A stretch of 64,000 bases of DNA, from the NCBI GenBank assembly GCA_947501605.1, contig CANMWZ010000012.1, positions 32,001-96,000 on the forward strand. The letters run 5' to 3'. Positions 19,495-29,589 of this stretch are shown here, piece by piece. The position numbers were made by a program, and so were the translations under genes. The notes below the pieces were generated by a model. That model worked only from the letters and a program-made list of their open reading frames with translations, ran no database searches and had not been told where the DNA came from. Numbering within the stretch: position 1 is the stretch's first letter; every line of letters begins with the position of its first letter. Origin of the DNA: Planctomycetota bacterium (lineage in GTDB: Bacteria > Planctomycetota > UBA1135 > UBA2386).

Positions 19495-20394
19495 TCACAA
19501 CGGCTGGCTTCGGCCTGTCCGCCGTACCGTCGTACTCGCTGGCAATCCGCGCTGCCGCTGCGCAATCGCCAGCAGGGCCTCGTGCACCTCGTCGATCGTG
19601 CGGGCCAGGGTCGACGTGCCGGCCGTGAGGCCCACAACCGCGCGGCCATCGAACCATTGGTCGTCGAGTTCGCTCGCCCGCTCGATGTGCAATGCCGGCA
19701 CACCCTGTTCGGCCGCACTTGCAACCAACTGCTTCGTGTTGTTCGAGTTGTGACCGCCTACCACGACCAACGCATCAATCCTCGGCAACAGCGCTCGCAA
19801 CGCGTCGACTCGGGCCTTGGTCGGGCTGCAGATGGTGTCGGCGAAGTGCACCACGGCGTGCGGGTTTGCCGTGCGAATTGCGGCCAACAGCTGCTCGGCG
19901 ACATCGACTTGGGTGGTCGTCTGGCAGACGACCCCCAGGTGTGCATCCGGCCAAGTCGCGACATTGGCGGCCGTGGTGACGACGATTGCATCGGTCAAGT
20001 CTTCGATGATGCCGAGGACCTCGACGTGATCGCGCTTGCCGAGCACGACGACGCGGCAACCTTGCCGTTGCAGTTGCTGCGCCGCCGCGTGGGCCTTCTG
20101 CACGAGGGGGCACGTGGTGTCGATGAGTTGCTTGCCAGCGGCCTCGAGTCGCGTTCGCTCACGCTCACTGATGCCGTGCGCAGTGACCAGCACGACGGGC
20201 TTCTCGGGCACCTGGCGCTCACCCTCAGGCGACCTTGTGAAGCCGCGCCGGTCGAGGTCGCGCAAGACCTCGGGGTTGTGCACCAACTCGCCGTGGATGG
20301 TGACGGCCGTCGGAGCCGAAACCTGATCGAGTACGTGCAGGGCATCGCGCACGCCAAAGCACATGCCGAGTTCTTCGGCTCGCAGGATCTTCAT
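19495..20394 (-). CDS. ispH: 4-hydroxy-3-methylbut-2-enyl diphosphate reductase
   Basis: GMCFGV, ELVHN, TAHG, DTTCPLV, HVEV, QTT, DTICSPT, GGHNSNNT, TAGTST; GGAG RBS. Confidence 0.95.
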   Translation of the reverse strand: MKILRAEELGMCFGVRDALHVLDQVSAPTAVTIHGELVHNPEVLRDLDRRGFTRSPEGERQVPEKPVVLVTAHGISERERTRLEAAGKQLIDTTCPLVQKAHAAAQQLQRQGCRVVVLGKRDHVEVLGIIEDLTDAIVVTTAANVATWPDAHLGVVCQTTTQVDVAEQLLAAIRTANPHAVVHFADTICSPTKARVDALRALLPRIDALVVVGGHNSNNTKQLVASAAEQGVPALHIERASELDDQWFDGRAVVGLTAGTSTLARTIDEVHEALLAIAQRQRGLPASTTVRRTGRSQPL

Positions 20395-20417
20395 CGCGTT
20401 CTCCATGGTCGGTATCT

Positions 20418-20434
20418 GCTTGGCATTGCAAAGT
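20418..20434. promoter_or_regulatory. Imperfect palindrome GCTTGG-N5-CAAAGT, candidate operator upstream of ispH
   Basis: Matches the palindrome at 21486-21502. Confidence 0.5.
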
Positions 20435-20477
20435 TTCACTCCGTGGTGCTGCAGGAGGTGAAGTGACAAGGTCGGCG

Positions 20478-20864
20478 TCACGCCGGCTGAAAGCCGTCGG
20501 GGTCGCTGCGCTTCTTTGCCCTGGACGACTTGGCCGCCTCATTGGCGTCGCTGACTACGGCACCGAGGACGGCGACGTAGTCGAGGAAGCGCTTGCGTCC
20601 GACATCGGTCAACCGGCAGAGCGTCTGCGGCCGCTTGCCTTTGAAGCCTTTCCAGATCTCGACCAGTGCAGCGTCTTGAAGCACGGTCAGATGGCGACTG
20701 AGGTTGCCGTCGGTGAGCTGGCACAGCTCCTTCAGATCCGTGAACAGCACGCCTTCGACGCGGGCCGCGAGTGAGGTCAGGATGCCGAGGCGGGCCTTTT
20801 CGTGGATGACGCGATCGAGTCCGTCGTAGGCGTAGCGGCCGGTCGATTGCTTCTTCTCGGTCAT
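20478..20864 (-). CDS. Winged-helix transcriptional regulator (HTH_34/ArsR-like)
   Basis: LDRVIHEKARLGIL, FTDLKELCQLTDGNLSRHL, GKRPQT. Confidence 0.9.
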   Translation of the reverse strand: MTEKKQSTGRYAYDGLDRVIHEKARLGILTSLAARVEGVLFTDLKELCQLTDGNLSRHLTVLQDAALVEIWKGFKGKRPQTLCRLTDVGRKRFLDYVAVLGAVVSDANEAAKSSRAKKRSDPDGFQPA

Positions 20865-21469
20865 GCGAGTTCTCCATCGCGCTCGAGCTGCCAGTAGAGG
20901 ATTGCGCTCAGCACGAGTTGCCCGAGGGTGAACGGAACGCCCATGGCCCACGGTTCGAGTGCTTGTTGGCCGAGCCACAAACACGAGGTGCCGCTGAGCA
21001 AAAAGAACGCGCCGACGACGAATCCAAGGCCCGGCAACAGGCGCCACGCCGCCAGGATGCCGAGACCGAACAGCATCTGCCACAGACCCGGCAACAACCA
21101 CAACTGGTCGCCCAGCCGAGTCGCCACAAAGGTCGTGAGGGCGGCGCCCGCGAACAGTGCCGGTGCGAACTGCTCCCACGCCAGCAGCGTCGTGGCGCTG
21201 GCCAAGGTGCCGCTGCTGCGGCGCACGCGGAAGGCCATCTCCATCGCTGCCGCCACCATCGAGGTGACCGCGCTGCCGACCCATAGGATCAGATATCGCA
21301 TCGGTTCGGCGGTTGGGTCAGCGATCCAACAACTCTGCGCGAGCGCAGCGATGAGGGCGAGGACCGCTGAAAACGCCACGGGCACGGCGCGCAAGCAGCG
21401 CAACCGTTCGGTGCGCGCGAGCTGGGACCGGATCACTGTCAGTTGGTCGATGGCGTCGCGAAGTTCCAC
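20861..21469 (-). CDS. Integral membrane protein (about 6 TM) translationally coupled to the wHTH regulator
   Basis: GGAGG RBS and GTG start (VELRDAIDQLTVIRSQL); hydrophobic helices; ATGA overlap with the regulator. Confidence 0.8.
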   Translation of the reverse strand: MELRDAIDQLTVIRSQLARTERLRCLRAVPVAFSAVLALIAALAQSCWIADPTAEPMRYLILWVGSAVTSMVAAAMEMAFRVRRSSGTLASATTLLAWEQFAPALFAGAALTTFVATRLGDQLWLLPGLWQMLFGLGILAAWRLLPGLGFVVGAFFLLSGTSCLWLGQQALEPWAMGVPFTLGQLVLSAILYWQLERDGELA

Positions 21470-21485
21470 GGGCAAGAGCCTCCAG

Positions 21486-21502
21486 GCTTTGTGCAGCAAA
21501 GT
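21486..21502. promoter_or_regulatory. Palindrome GCTTTG-N5-CAAAGT, candidate operator of the wHTH regulator
   Basis: Perfect CTTTG/CAAAG inverted repeat adjacent to the RBS of the first operon gene. Confidence 0.55.
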
Positions 21503-21741
21503 AGATGGCCGTGCAATGGTGTCAAGTACCTGGATCGTCGCCAGCGGGCCGGCCCGCTGGGCTCTTGTCCATCGTGCGCCCGGCTGCGAGCTCAGCGTTG
21601 CGCTTCCGCCACTCCGCACTGCAACACCGACCAACGCGCACGGCCGGCGCCGCCCAGTTGGGGGTCGCGATTCGCCGTGTTTGCTCCTCCCCGATCCCGC
21701 GCGTTGCGTCCCCCCATTACGCTTCGTCGCTCGTGCTTCGC

Positions 21742-24700
21742 ATGCTCCGTCACCGCCAACGTCTGGTTCTCGCGCTCCTGCTTGCGCCATCACTCGCAGT
21801 CCAAGACCCTGCGGCGTCGATCCCGGTCCGGGTCACGGCAACGGTGGACCCCAGCTCGATCGCGGTCACCGGCAGTGCGCGCCTGCAGCTGCACTTCGTC
21901 GCCGAGGAAGCGCTCGATCGGCCACTCTCCGTACGCATCGAGCTGCGCCGCGGTGGCCGCTCCTTTCTGCGCCGCGACCACACGCCGCCCGTCGCCACCA
22001 AGCAGTGGACCAAGGGCAAACCCGTCGACTACGCGATCCCGTTGGTGTTCCGCACCCAGCCCGCCGGCGTGAAAGCAGGCGACACCGTCGAGGTATGCCT
22101 CGGGTTCTTCGATCCCGCCATCGACAAGGTCGTGCCGGGGCTCGCATCGTCCATCGGCAGCGACGGCATGGCAGCGGTGGCCAGCTTCGTGTTCCCCGAC
22201 TTGTCGGCAACACCCGATGCCGCGGCCGTCGACGCCGTGATCGCAGCCGCCACCGCACTCGCCGCGAGACAACCCCAGGACGCCTGGGATCAGCTCGAAT
22301 TCACCTTCCGGCGCATCGACGACTACCCGCTGAAGGACAAGCTGCAGAAGGCGCTCGCCGCGGTGGGCAAGATGCCGCCGGCGCCGCTTACGTTCGAAGA
22401 ACACGACATCGTGCAAGGCCGCATCCGTGAGGAACGCGCGCGCTACCTGCGCCAGGTCGCCGGTCGCATGCACGATCGCGGCAAGCTGCTCGGCGCCCTG
22501 TTGCTGCTCGACGACGTCGGCGGCGCGCTGCAAGAGGACGCCGACCGCGCCGTGCTCGGGGCGCTTGGCGACCAACAGCGCGTTTCTCAGGATCGCGACG
22601 GCATCGTCGCCAAGGTCTTCGCACTCGACGACGCGCAGGACCGCGAGCTCAAGCAGCTCGACGCCAACACCCCAAAGGGGCAAGCGCGCTTCGAGGTCGC
22701 GACGAAGATGGCGAAGGACCGCAGCAAGCGGGCCGTCGCCCGTGAGCTGATGCGCACGCTCGAGTTCACGCCGGAGCTGCGCCAAGAAGCCGAGGTCGCG
22801 CGGGCCGCGATCGAGAAGGCCTGGCTGGACGACGTCCCCGCCGAGGAGCGCGTCGAAGCCGAAGCCGCCATGAATCACCCATGCTGGGCGCGAACTGGGC
22901 AGCGCGTCTCCCATCGCTTCGTGCTGATCGGCCCGCAGCAACTCGTCGACGGCATCGTCGACGACAGCCTGCTGCGCTTCGACCTCGCCTACCTCTACCT
23001 CACCGATCTGTTCGGCCGCGTGCCCAACCCCGATGGCGATCGCGTCACCGTCTACTGGAAGGAACTGTGGGAGTTCGGCGGTGGCGTCGGTGGCGGCAAG
23101 ATCATCGACATCGGCAACGCGGATGCGACGCAGAAGGCGCTGCGCGTCGACAACGGCCTGCTCTACCACGAGCTGACCCACTGCATCGACGACACCGCAC
23201 CGGTCTACGGCGGGATGCACGAAGGACTCGCCGATTTCGGCGCCGCCGTCGCGATGACGGAACTCCATCAGGTTGCCGGCGGCCGCGCCGCCATGGGCTT
23301 GGCGGCACGCGCGTTCTTGCAGGACTACCTCGATCGCGATCTCGAGTACTGGCGCATCCCCAACTACGGGCCCAGCGCCGGCTTCTTCCTGCACTTCATC
23401 ACGACGTACGGCAAGAGCGGCGACGGCTACCGCTGGCAGTTGTATCGCAAGTTCTTCCGCGACTACCGCGCGTGCCCCATCAAGGACGCGCGCACGCCAA
23501 CGCTGGCTCGAGCTTTCGCGTTCCATCTCTGCGAAGCGTTCGGTGATCAGGCACTCGACGATCTCATTCGCTTCCGTTGGCCGCTGCTGCCGAGCGATCT
23601 CGCCGCAATTCGGCTCGAGCAGACAGCCGCCAAGAAGACCGCGCTCGGGCCGACTCTCGAAGACTCCCCCGGTTCGCCAGTGCCGCGCGATCGCATGGCC
23701 TCGCGCCTACAAGCGGAGCGCGCTGAGCTTGCGGACCACACCCAGGAGCTCGGCGTCGTTCGCGACTGGTGGATCATCGGCCCGTTTCGCAAGCAAGGTG
23801 TCGATCCCGACACCTTCCGCTTCCCACCAGAAGTCGAGGTCGACCTGAAGGCGCGCTACGAGAGCATCAATTCCAACCCCACCTGGCGGAAGCCCGGACC
23901 CAAGCCCGTGACGGTCGATGCGACCGGCTGGCTCGCGTTTGACTTTGCCTACATGGACGACAGCGCGATCTACGCGCTGACGCACGTCGCATCCGACAAG
24001 GAACAGGAGGTGTCGTTCCACCTGCGTGCCGACGACGACGTCACGCTGTTTGTCGACGACGAACTGATCGGCAAGCATGACCACGCCCGCGGCCCGCTCG
24101 GACCGTGGCGTCCTGACTGGCGCGTGCAGCTGCCGGACGCAGTCCGCTTTGCCGTCAAACTGAGGAAGGGCCGCAACAAGGTGCTCGTGAAGGTCAAGAA
24201 CACGTCCGGGCCATCGGGCCTGACCCTCGCCATCGCGCAGCGCAATGGTCTACCGCTGCCCGGTTGGAGCACAGACCTCGACGAACCGACCAAGCAGCTC
24301 GCGGCGGTCGAGTTGCCCGACGGCCAGAAGTGGCCATCTCGGTTTCGTGTGCGCTTTGACCAGACCGGAGCCCACCGAAAGCTGGACCCGACGGTCGGCA
24401 AGTGGCGCGTGCGCAATGGCGCGCTCGAGGGCTTCGCGACCGAACGCGAAGTCGAGTGGCGCAAGTACACCGTTCGCCCCGGCTTTCCCAAGGACTCGCC
24501 CTCCAACCTCGCTTGGCTTCCCGAGAAGGCAACCGAACAACTCGACGCTTTCCGTCTGGTTGTCGAGTTGCCGGCCGACAACGCCGCGCCGAAGGCCTGC
24601 GTCATCGTGCAGGGCGACGGCCAGCGCGATGCCCTGTGCGGTCTCACGCTGATCCTCGAGCCGCACGACGACAGGGTTCGTGCCTACATCGAACGCTACG

Positions 24701-24936
24701 ACTTGCGTATCCACATGTCAGACCTCGTGCCCTTCACCAAGGACGGCAAGAAGTCGGTGGAACTCGAACTCACGTATTGGGCCAAGCGACTGTCGGTAAA
24801 GCTCGGCGGTCAGGTGTTGTTCGACCAAGCACCGCTGCTCCCGATCCCGGGCAAGACACGGATCGGGATTGCGACGTGGGGAGAGCAACTGCGCGTCGAG
24901 TCCATCGAACTGCGCGGGCCCTCGCGCACCAAGTGA
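21742..24936 (+). CDS. Large secreted protein with a gluzincin HEXXH motif and PA14-like/lectin-like C-terminal domains
   Basis: Signal peptide MLRHRQRLVLALLLAPSLA; LYHELTH...MHEGLADF; DWWIIGPF...RADDDVTLFVD...LRKGRNKVLVKV. Confidence 0.75.
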   Translation: MLRHRQRLVLALLLAPSLAVQDPAASIPVRVTATVDPSSIAVTGSARLQLHFVAEEALDRPLSVRIELRRGGRSFLRRDHTPPVATKQWTKGKPVDYAIPLVFRTQPAGVKAGDTVEVCLGFFDPAIDKVVPGLASSIGSDGMAAVASFVFPDLSATPDAAAVDAVIAAATALAARQPQDAWDQLEFTFRRIDDYPLKDKLQKALAAVGKMPPAPLTFEEHDIVQGRIREERARYLRQVAGRMHDRGKLLGALLLLDDVGGALQEDADRAVLGALGDQQRVSQDRDGIVAKVFALDDAQDRELKQLDANTPKGQARFEVATKMAKDRSKRAVARELMRTLEFTPELRQEAEVARAAIEKAWLDDVPAEERVEAEAAMNHPCWARTGQRVSHRFVLIGPQQLVDGIVDDSLLRFDLAYLYLTDLFGRVPNPDGDRVTVYWKELWEFGGGVGGGKIIDIGNADATQKALRVDNGLLYHELTHCIDDTAPVYGGMHEGLADFGAAVAMTELHQVAGGRAAMGLAARAFLQDYLDRDLEYWRIPNYGPSAGFFLHFITTYGKSGDGYRWQLYRKFFRDYRACPIKDARTPTLARAFAFHLCEAFGDQALDDLIRFRWPLLPSDLAAIRLEQTAAKKTALGPTLEDSPGSPVPRDRMASRLQAERAELADHTQELGVVRDWWIIGPFRKQGVDPDTFRFPPEVEVDLKARYESINSNPTWRKPGPKPVTVDATGWLAFDFAYMDDSAIYALTHVASDKEQEVSFHLRADDDVTLFVDDELIGKHDHARGPLGPWRPDWRVQLPDAVRFAVKLRKGRNKVLVKVKNTSGPSGLTLAIAQRNGLPLPGWSTDLDEPTKQLAAVELPDGQKWPSRFRVRFDQTGAHRKLDPTVGKWRVRNGALEGFATEREVEWRKYTVRPGFPKDSPSNLAWLPEKATEQLDAFRLVVELPADNAAPKACVIVQGDGQRDALCGLTLILEPHDDRVRAYIERYDLRIHMSDLVPFTKDGKKSVELELTYWAKRLSVKLGGQVLFDQAPLLPIPGKTRIGIATWGEQLRVESIELRGPSRTK

Positions 24937-25062
24937 CGAGAACTAGAGACCATGCAAGAGCTCGTCCGCGGTCAGAAGGATGCCGACTTCTTCGAGCACC
25001 ACAGCCATCGCCTTGCCAGCACCAGGTAGTTGCCGGTCGACGCCGCGCGAGAACTGCGCGCT

Positions 25063-26466
25063 TCACGACAGCACAGCACGCACGACGCGACCGTGCACGT
25101 CGGTGAGTCGAAACTCGCGACCCTCGTAACGAAACGTCAGCCGTTCGTGATCGAAGCCGAGCAAGTGCAGCAAGGTCGCGTTGAGGTCGTGCACGTGCAC
25201 CGGGTCGGCGACCACGTTGTAGCCCAGTTCATCGGTGGCTCCGACCTGAGCCCCCGCGCGCACGCCGCCGCCCGCAAGCCAGGTGACGAAACAGCGCGGA
25301 TGATGGTCGCGGCCGAAGCTACCGTCCTCGAGCTCGCCCTGGGCGTAGACCGTCCGACCGAACTCGCTGGTCCAGACCACCAGCGTGTCGTCGAGCATGC
25401 CGCGCTGGCGGAGGTCGATCAGCAGCGCCGCCGTCGCACGATCGATGTCCGCGCACTGCCGCGGCAGGTCCAAATCCAGGTTGCGGTGTTGATCCCAACC
25501 GCGATGGTAGATCTGGACGCAGCGCACGCCGCGCTCCAGCAGTCGCCGCGCCATCAGCGCATTGTTGGCAAACGTGCCCCGCGTCATCACCTCCTGGCCA
25601 TAGAGCGCACGAACGTGCTCCGGCTCGGACTCGAACGCGACGAGTTCTGGCACCGCCATCTGCATGCGGAACGCCAACTCCGCTTGCTGCTGCCGCGCCG
25701 CGATGCCGGGATCGAGATAGCGCTCGTGAGCTGCCGCGTTGAGTTCGGCCATCGCTGCGAGTTGCTGGCCGCGGTTCGCACGCGTGATGCCGGCTGGGTT
25801 CTGCAAGAACAGCACGGGATCGCCCTGACCGCGCAGCAACACCCCCTGGTGCTCTGCCGGCAGAAAGCCTGCGCCCCACAATCGGTGATAGAGCGGCTGA
25901 TCGACCTTGGGCCCGCTCCATGAGGAGTGCAGCACGACAAAGGCAGGCAAGTCGCGCGCCTCGCTGCCCATCGCCCACGCGAGCCACGCACCAAAGCTCG
26001 GGCGCCCCGACTGCTCTGAACCGGTCTGCAGCAGATTGATCGCCGGTTCGTGGTTGATGGCGTCGGTATGCATCGAACGCACGATCGCCAGTTCATCGAT
26101 GACTTGGGCCGTGAACGGCAGCAAGTCGCTGATCCACGCGCCGCACCGCCCCCGTTGCGCGAAGGCGCGCCGCGTGTTGACGATGCGAAGTCGCTTCTGA
26201 CTCGAGGTCATCGTCGTGATGCGTTGGCCTTGTCGCACCGAGTCCGGCAAGTCAGATCCGTGCCAGCGCGCCAGTTCTGGCTTGTGGTCAAACAGGTCGT
26301 GCTGCGAAGGTCCGCCCGACATGTGCAGGTAGATCACGCGGCGCGCGCGCGCGGCAAAGTGCGGCAATCGCCGTGGCTCATCGCCCAGTCCGAAGAATGC
26401 GGCGCCTGCCGTCGCGAACACGGACCTCGCCAAGAACGTCCTGCGGTCCGTTACGGGTGCGTCCAT
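25063..26466 (-). CDS. DUF1501 domain protein (Tat-exported, sulfatase-like fold)
   Basis: RRTFL Tat motif, GGPSQHDLFDHKP, ARRLLERGVR, GWDQH, EFGRT, GRDHHP, RLTDVHG. Confidence 0.93.
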   Translation of the reverse strand: MDAPVTDRRTFLARSVFATAGAAFFGLGDEPRRLPHFAARARRVIYLHMSGGPSQHDLFDHKPELARWHGSDLPDSVRQGQRITTMTSSQKRLRIVNTRRAFAQRGRCGAWISDLLPFTAQVIDELAIVRSMHTDAINHEPAINLLQTGSEQSGRPSFGAWLAWAMGSEARDLPAFVVLHSSWSGPKVDQPLYHRLWGAGFLPAEHQGVLLRGQGDPVLFLQNPAGITRANRGQQLAAMAELNAAAHERYLDPGIAARQQQAELAFRMQMAVPELVAFESEPEHVRALYGQEVMTRGTFANNALMARRLLERGVRCVQIYHRGWDQHRNLDLDLPRQCADIDRATAALLIDLRQRGMLDDTLVVWTSEFGRTVYAQGELEDGSFGRDHHPRCFVTWLAGGGVRAGAQVGATDELGYNVVADPVHVHDLNATLLHLLGFDHERLTFRYEGREFRLTDVHGRVVRAVLS

Positions 26467-26467
26467 G

Positions 26468-28963
26468 TCAGTTGCGATGCAGCGCTTCGTCGAGCGACAA
26501 CAGCAGGTTGGTGAGCACCGTCCACGCCGTCAGTTGCTCCGTCGCTGTCGTCAGCGTCGGGTGCCGATCGAGCAGGCGAAGACAGGTCGCTGTCTCCGCC
26601 GTCGTCGGTTCGCGCTGCAGCACGGTGCGGAAGGCAAAGTGCACCCGAACCACGTCATCGTCGCTCGCCGCAAGACACCGTTCGGCAAATGCGCGCGCCG
26701 CCTCGACGAGGCCTTCGTCGTTCCACAGGGCGAGAACTTGCAGCGGCGTGTTGGTCACTTGGCGTTCGACCACACAGTGCTCGCGACCCGGCGCGTCGAA
26801 GATCGACATGAGGGGTGGCGGGGCCGTGCGCTTCCAAAACGTGTAGAGGCTGCGGCGATGCAGCGCGTCGCCGGTGTCGGCCGTGTAGCGCTCGGTGTTG
26901 CTGCCCGGAAACGCGACGGCCTCCCAGATGCCCGGCGGCTGCGAGATACGCACGCTCGGCCCACCGATCGTCGGCACCAGCAAGCCGGCGATGGCCAGCG
27001 CCTGATCCCGAATCGACTCGGCCGGCAGACGAAGGCGCGGCATGCGCATCAGGTAGAGGTTGTCGGGGTCCCGCTCTAGCTGCAAGGGCTGCACGCGCGA
27101 CGACTGTCGATAGGTCGCCGAGGTCACCAGCAGAGTGTGCAGGTGGCGCTCGTCAAAGCCGCTGTCGCGAAACTCGCAGGCCAGCCAGTCGAGCAGCGCT
27201 TCGTGACTGGGACGCGCGCCGAGAACGCCGAAGTCGTGCGGCGTTGCGACCAGCCCGCGCCCGAAATGGCGCTGCCAGATGCGGTTGACGGCGACGCGCG
27301 CGGTCAGCGGATGGTCGCGATCGAACAGCCACGCGGCGAGCGCACGACGGTCCGCTGGCAACGAGGCCGGCAACGGCGGCAAGAAGCTCGGCGTGCCGGG
27401 AGTCACGCGTTCGCCGTGCAGGTCGTAGCGCCCGCGCAGCAGCACGTGCACGGCTCTTGGCTCAGCCAAGTCCGCGCTGACCATGCACTGCGGCAGAGCA
27501 GCATCGAACGCGGCGAGCGCCCGCAGCGCGTCCCGCAGGCGCTCGGGCTGCGCCGTCAACTCCGCCGCAGTTGCGTGGATCGCGAAGCGACCGATGAGAT
27601 GCCGCGCATGCACCGACTGGTGGCACAGACGAACTTCGATCGTCGTCGTCGCTGCAGGCAACGGCGCCGCAAATGCGACCTGCAGGTGCATCGGTTCGTG
27701 CCGGCCTTGCACAGCCCATCCGGTGGTCGCATCGCCGTCGATTGCACGCATTGGCTCGTGGCCCTCTTGCGCGTAGTCGGCATCGGCGGTCGCCAGCGCG
27801 ATGCGCTGCGGTTTGCCCTCGACAGAGGCGAACACTGCAAGCTCACAGAGCACGAAGTTGCCGTTGTCGGCGCGACCTGGACCGCGTTCCGGCAGACTGT
27901 CGTCGGGCAAGACCGAAAGCCGCAGCGCACGCACCGCGGCAAAGGAACCGGTGGCGCGCACCACGTAGTCCGCGCGCTCCGGCACCGCCCCGGTCGCCAC
28001 CAGGGACCCATCGTCGCGCGCTGCAAACGGCGTTGGGCCAACGGCCGCGAGATCGAGCCGTTGCCACCCAAGGCCATCAAACCCGGCCTGCGCAGCGATC
28101 ACCGCCGCATCGAGACGCTGGCGTTCGGCGACTTCGTGGACCCGCGGCGCCGGGATCGCCGGCGCCGGCGCGAGGTCCCCACCATCGTTGCCGGCCTCGG
28201 CGAAGGACGCGAAGTAAGCCGACAAGCGGTAGTAGTCGCGCTGCGACAGTGGATCCGACTTGTGGTCGTGGCACTGCGCGCAGCCGACCGTCAACCCGAG
28301 CAAGGCCGTGCCAAAGGCGTCGGTTCGGCTCTTGGCATAGAGGACGAGGTACTCCTCCGGGATCAGCCCGCCTTCGTCGGAGCTCGGGTTGTTGCGCAAG
28401 AACCCGCTGGCGATGCGCTGCGCGGTGGTCGCGTTCTGCAACAGGTCGCCGGCGAGTTGTTCGGTGACGAAGCGATCAAACGGCATGTTCGCCAGCTGGG
28501 CGTCGAGCACCCAATCGCGCCAGCGCCACAACGAACGCACTTGATCGCGCTGCATGCCGTGAGTGTCGGCATAGCGAGCAAGGTCGAGCCACAGGCGCGT
28601 CGACTCCTCGGCTGCCGCTGGCGACGCGAGCAACTGCTGCACGACGCGTTCGTGGGCATCGCTGCTCGCGTCGAGTTGAAACCTCTCGAGGTCGGCGAGA
28701 GTCGGCGGCAAGCCGGTGAGGTCGAAGGTTACACGCCGCAGCCACTCAGCCCGAGACGCCTCGGGCGACGGCGACAAACCGCGACCAGTGGAACGCGCAA
28801 GCACGAAGCGATCGACGTCATTGCGGGACCAGTCGTCCGCAGCTCGGGTCGCGAGGTCGACCTTTGGCACCGCGGGGCGAACCGGCGGCACGAAAGCCCA
28901 GTGCCGTTCTTGGGCGCCTAGGCCTGTGACCAACAGACTGGCGATGAGGAGGCGAGCCGCCAT
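26468..28963 (-). CDS. DUF1549 + DUF1553 (PSD1) domain protein
   Basis: HWAFVPP, RRVTFDLTGLPPT, WLDLARYADT, CAQCHDHK, HPLTARVAVNRIWQ, RRSLYTFWKRT, TNTPLQ. Confidence 0.93.
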   Translation of the reverse strand: MAARLLIASLLVTGLGAQERHWAFVPPVRPAVPKVDLATRAADDWSRNDVDRFVLARSTGRGLSPSPEASRAEWLRRVTFDLTGLPPTLADLERFQLDASSDAHERVVQQLLASPAAAEESTRLWLDLARYADTHGMQRDQVRSLWRWRDWVLDAQLANMPFDRFVTEQLAGDLLQNATTAQRIASGFLRNNPSSDEGGLIPEEYLVLYAKSRTDAFGTALLGLTVGCAQCHDHKSDPLSQRDYYRLSAYFASFAEAGNDGGDLAPAPAIPAPRVHEVAERQRLDAAVIAAQAGFDGLGWQRLDLAAVGPTPFAARDDGSLVATGAVPERADYVVRATGSFAAVRALRLSVLPDDSLPERGPGRADNGNFVLCELAVFASVEGKPQRIALATADADYAQEGHEPMRAIDGDATTGWAVQGRHEPMHLQVAFAAPLPAATTTIEVRLCHQSVHARHLIGRFAIHATAAELTAQPERLRDALRALAAFDAALPQCMVSADLAEPRAVHVLLRGRYDLHGERVTPGTPSFLPPLPASLPADRRALAAWLFDRDHPLTARVAVNRIWQRHFGRGLVATPHDFGVLGARPSHEALLDWLACEFRDSGFDERHLHTLLVTSATYRQSSRVQPLQLERDPDNLYLMRMPRLRLPAESIRDQALAIAGLLVPTIGGPSVRISQPPGIWEAVAFPGSNTERYTADTGDALHRRSLYTFWKRTAPPPLMSIFDAPGREHCVVERQVTNTPLQVLALWNDEGLVEAARAFAERCLAASDDDVVRVHFAFRTVLQREPTTAETATCLRLLDRHPTLTTATEQLTAWTVLTNLLLSLDEALHRN

Positions 28964-29237
28964 CGACCCAGCGTAGCGGCACTGGCGCGCGACCGGTCAC
29001 GCGGCGGTGTTCGGACCTGCGATGTCCGGCAGCCACCCGATCGATTCCCTGCTTCGGCACGCCGAGTTCTTGCGGCGTCTGAATCGACGCTTTCCTCGCC
29101 TGCCGCGCTGACCACGCGACCGCTCTCGCCGCCGTTCCCGTGCTCGCCGAAGTGGTACGCGGCGGTCAAGCTCTGGATGCAGTGACTGGCGCGCAAACGA
29201 CGCCCGCACGGCTGGGACTCGGTATGTTCTGCCGCGC

Positions 29238-29486
29238 ATGTCGCACGCACCGCCAGCTAAGAGCCCACCATCGGGCGCGCCCAATCGACACAAGATGGTA
29301 CTGCTGACCTGGATGGGAATCTGGCCAACGATCACGACCGTGCTCTGGCTCTTGCTGCCACACCTCCTGCCGCACTTCCCGCTGCCGGTGGTCACGCTGA
29401 TCGTCACCGCGATCGTGGTGCCGTTGATGGGCTACGTGGTCATGCCGTTCTTGCTGCGGCGGTTTGGGGGCTGGGTTCGGCAGTGA
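29238..29486 (+). CDS. Small two-TM membrane protein
   Basis: PNRHKMVLLTWMGIWP...VPLMGYVVMP resembles the membrane module often attached to ABM-fold proteins. Confidence 0.65.
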   Translation: MSHAPPAKSPPSGAPNRHKMVLLTWMGIWPTITTVLWLLLPHLLPHFPLPVVTLIVTAIVVPLMGYVVMPFLLRRFGGWVRQ

Positions 29487-29589
29487 CTGCAGGAGTCGGC
29501 GAATCGCGCGCGGTGCCGCGTGTGCTGCGCGCGCCAGTCTGTGGCCGCCCATTCGCCCAGCGAAGCCCCTCTCGGTTACCCTTCGCCCG

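Noticed and set aside
18393..19724. Selenocysteine readthrough in the DUF3179 gene
   Set aside because: The frame is open with no in-frame TGA; Cys codons occupy the candidate positions.
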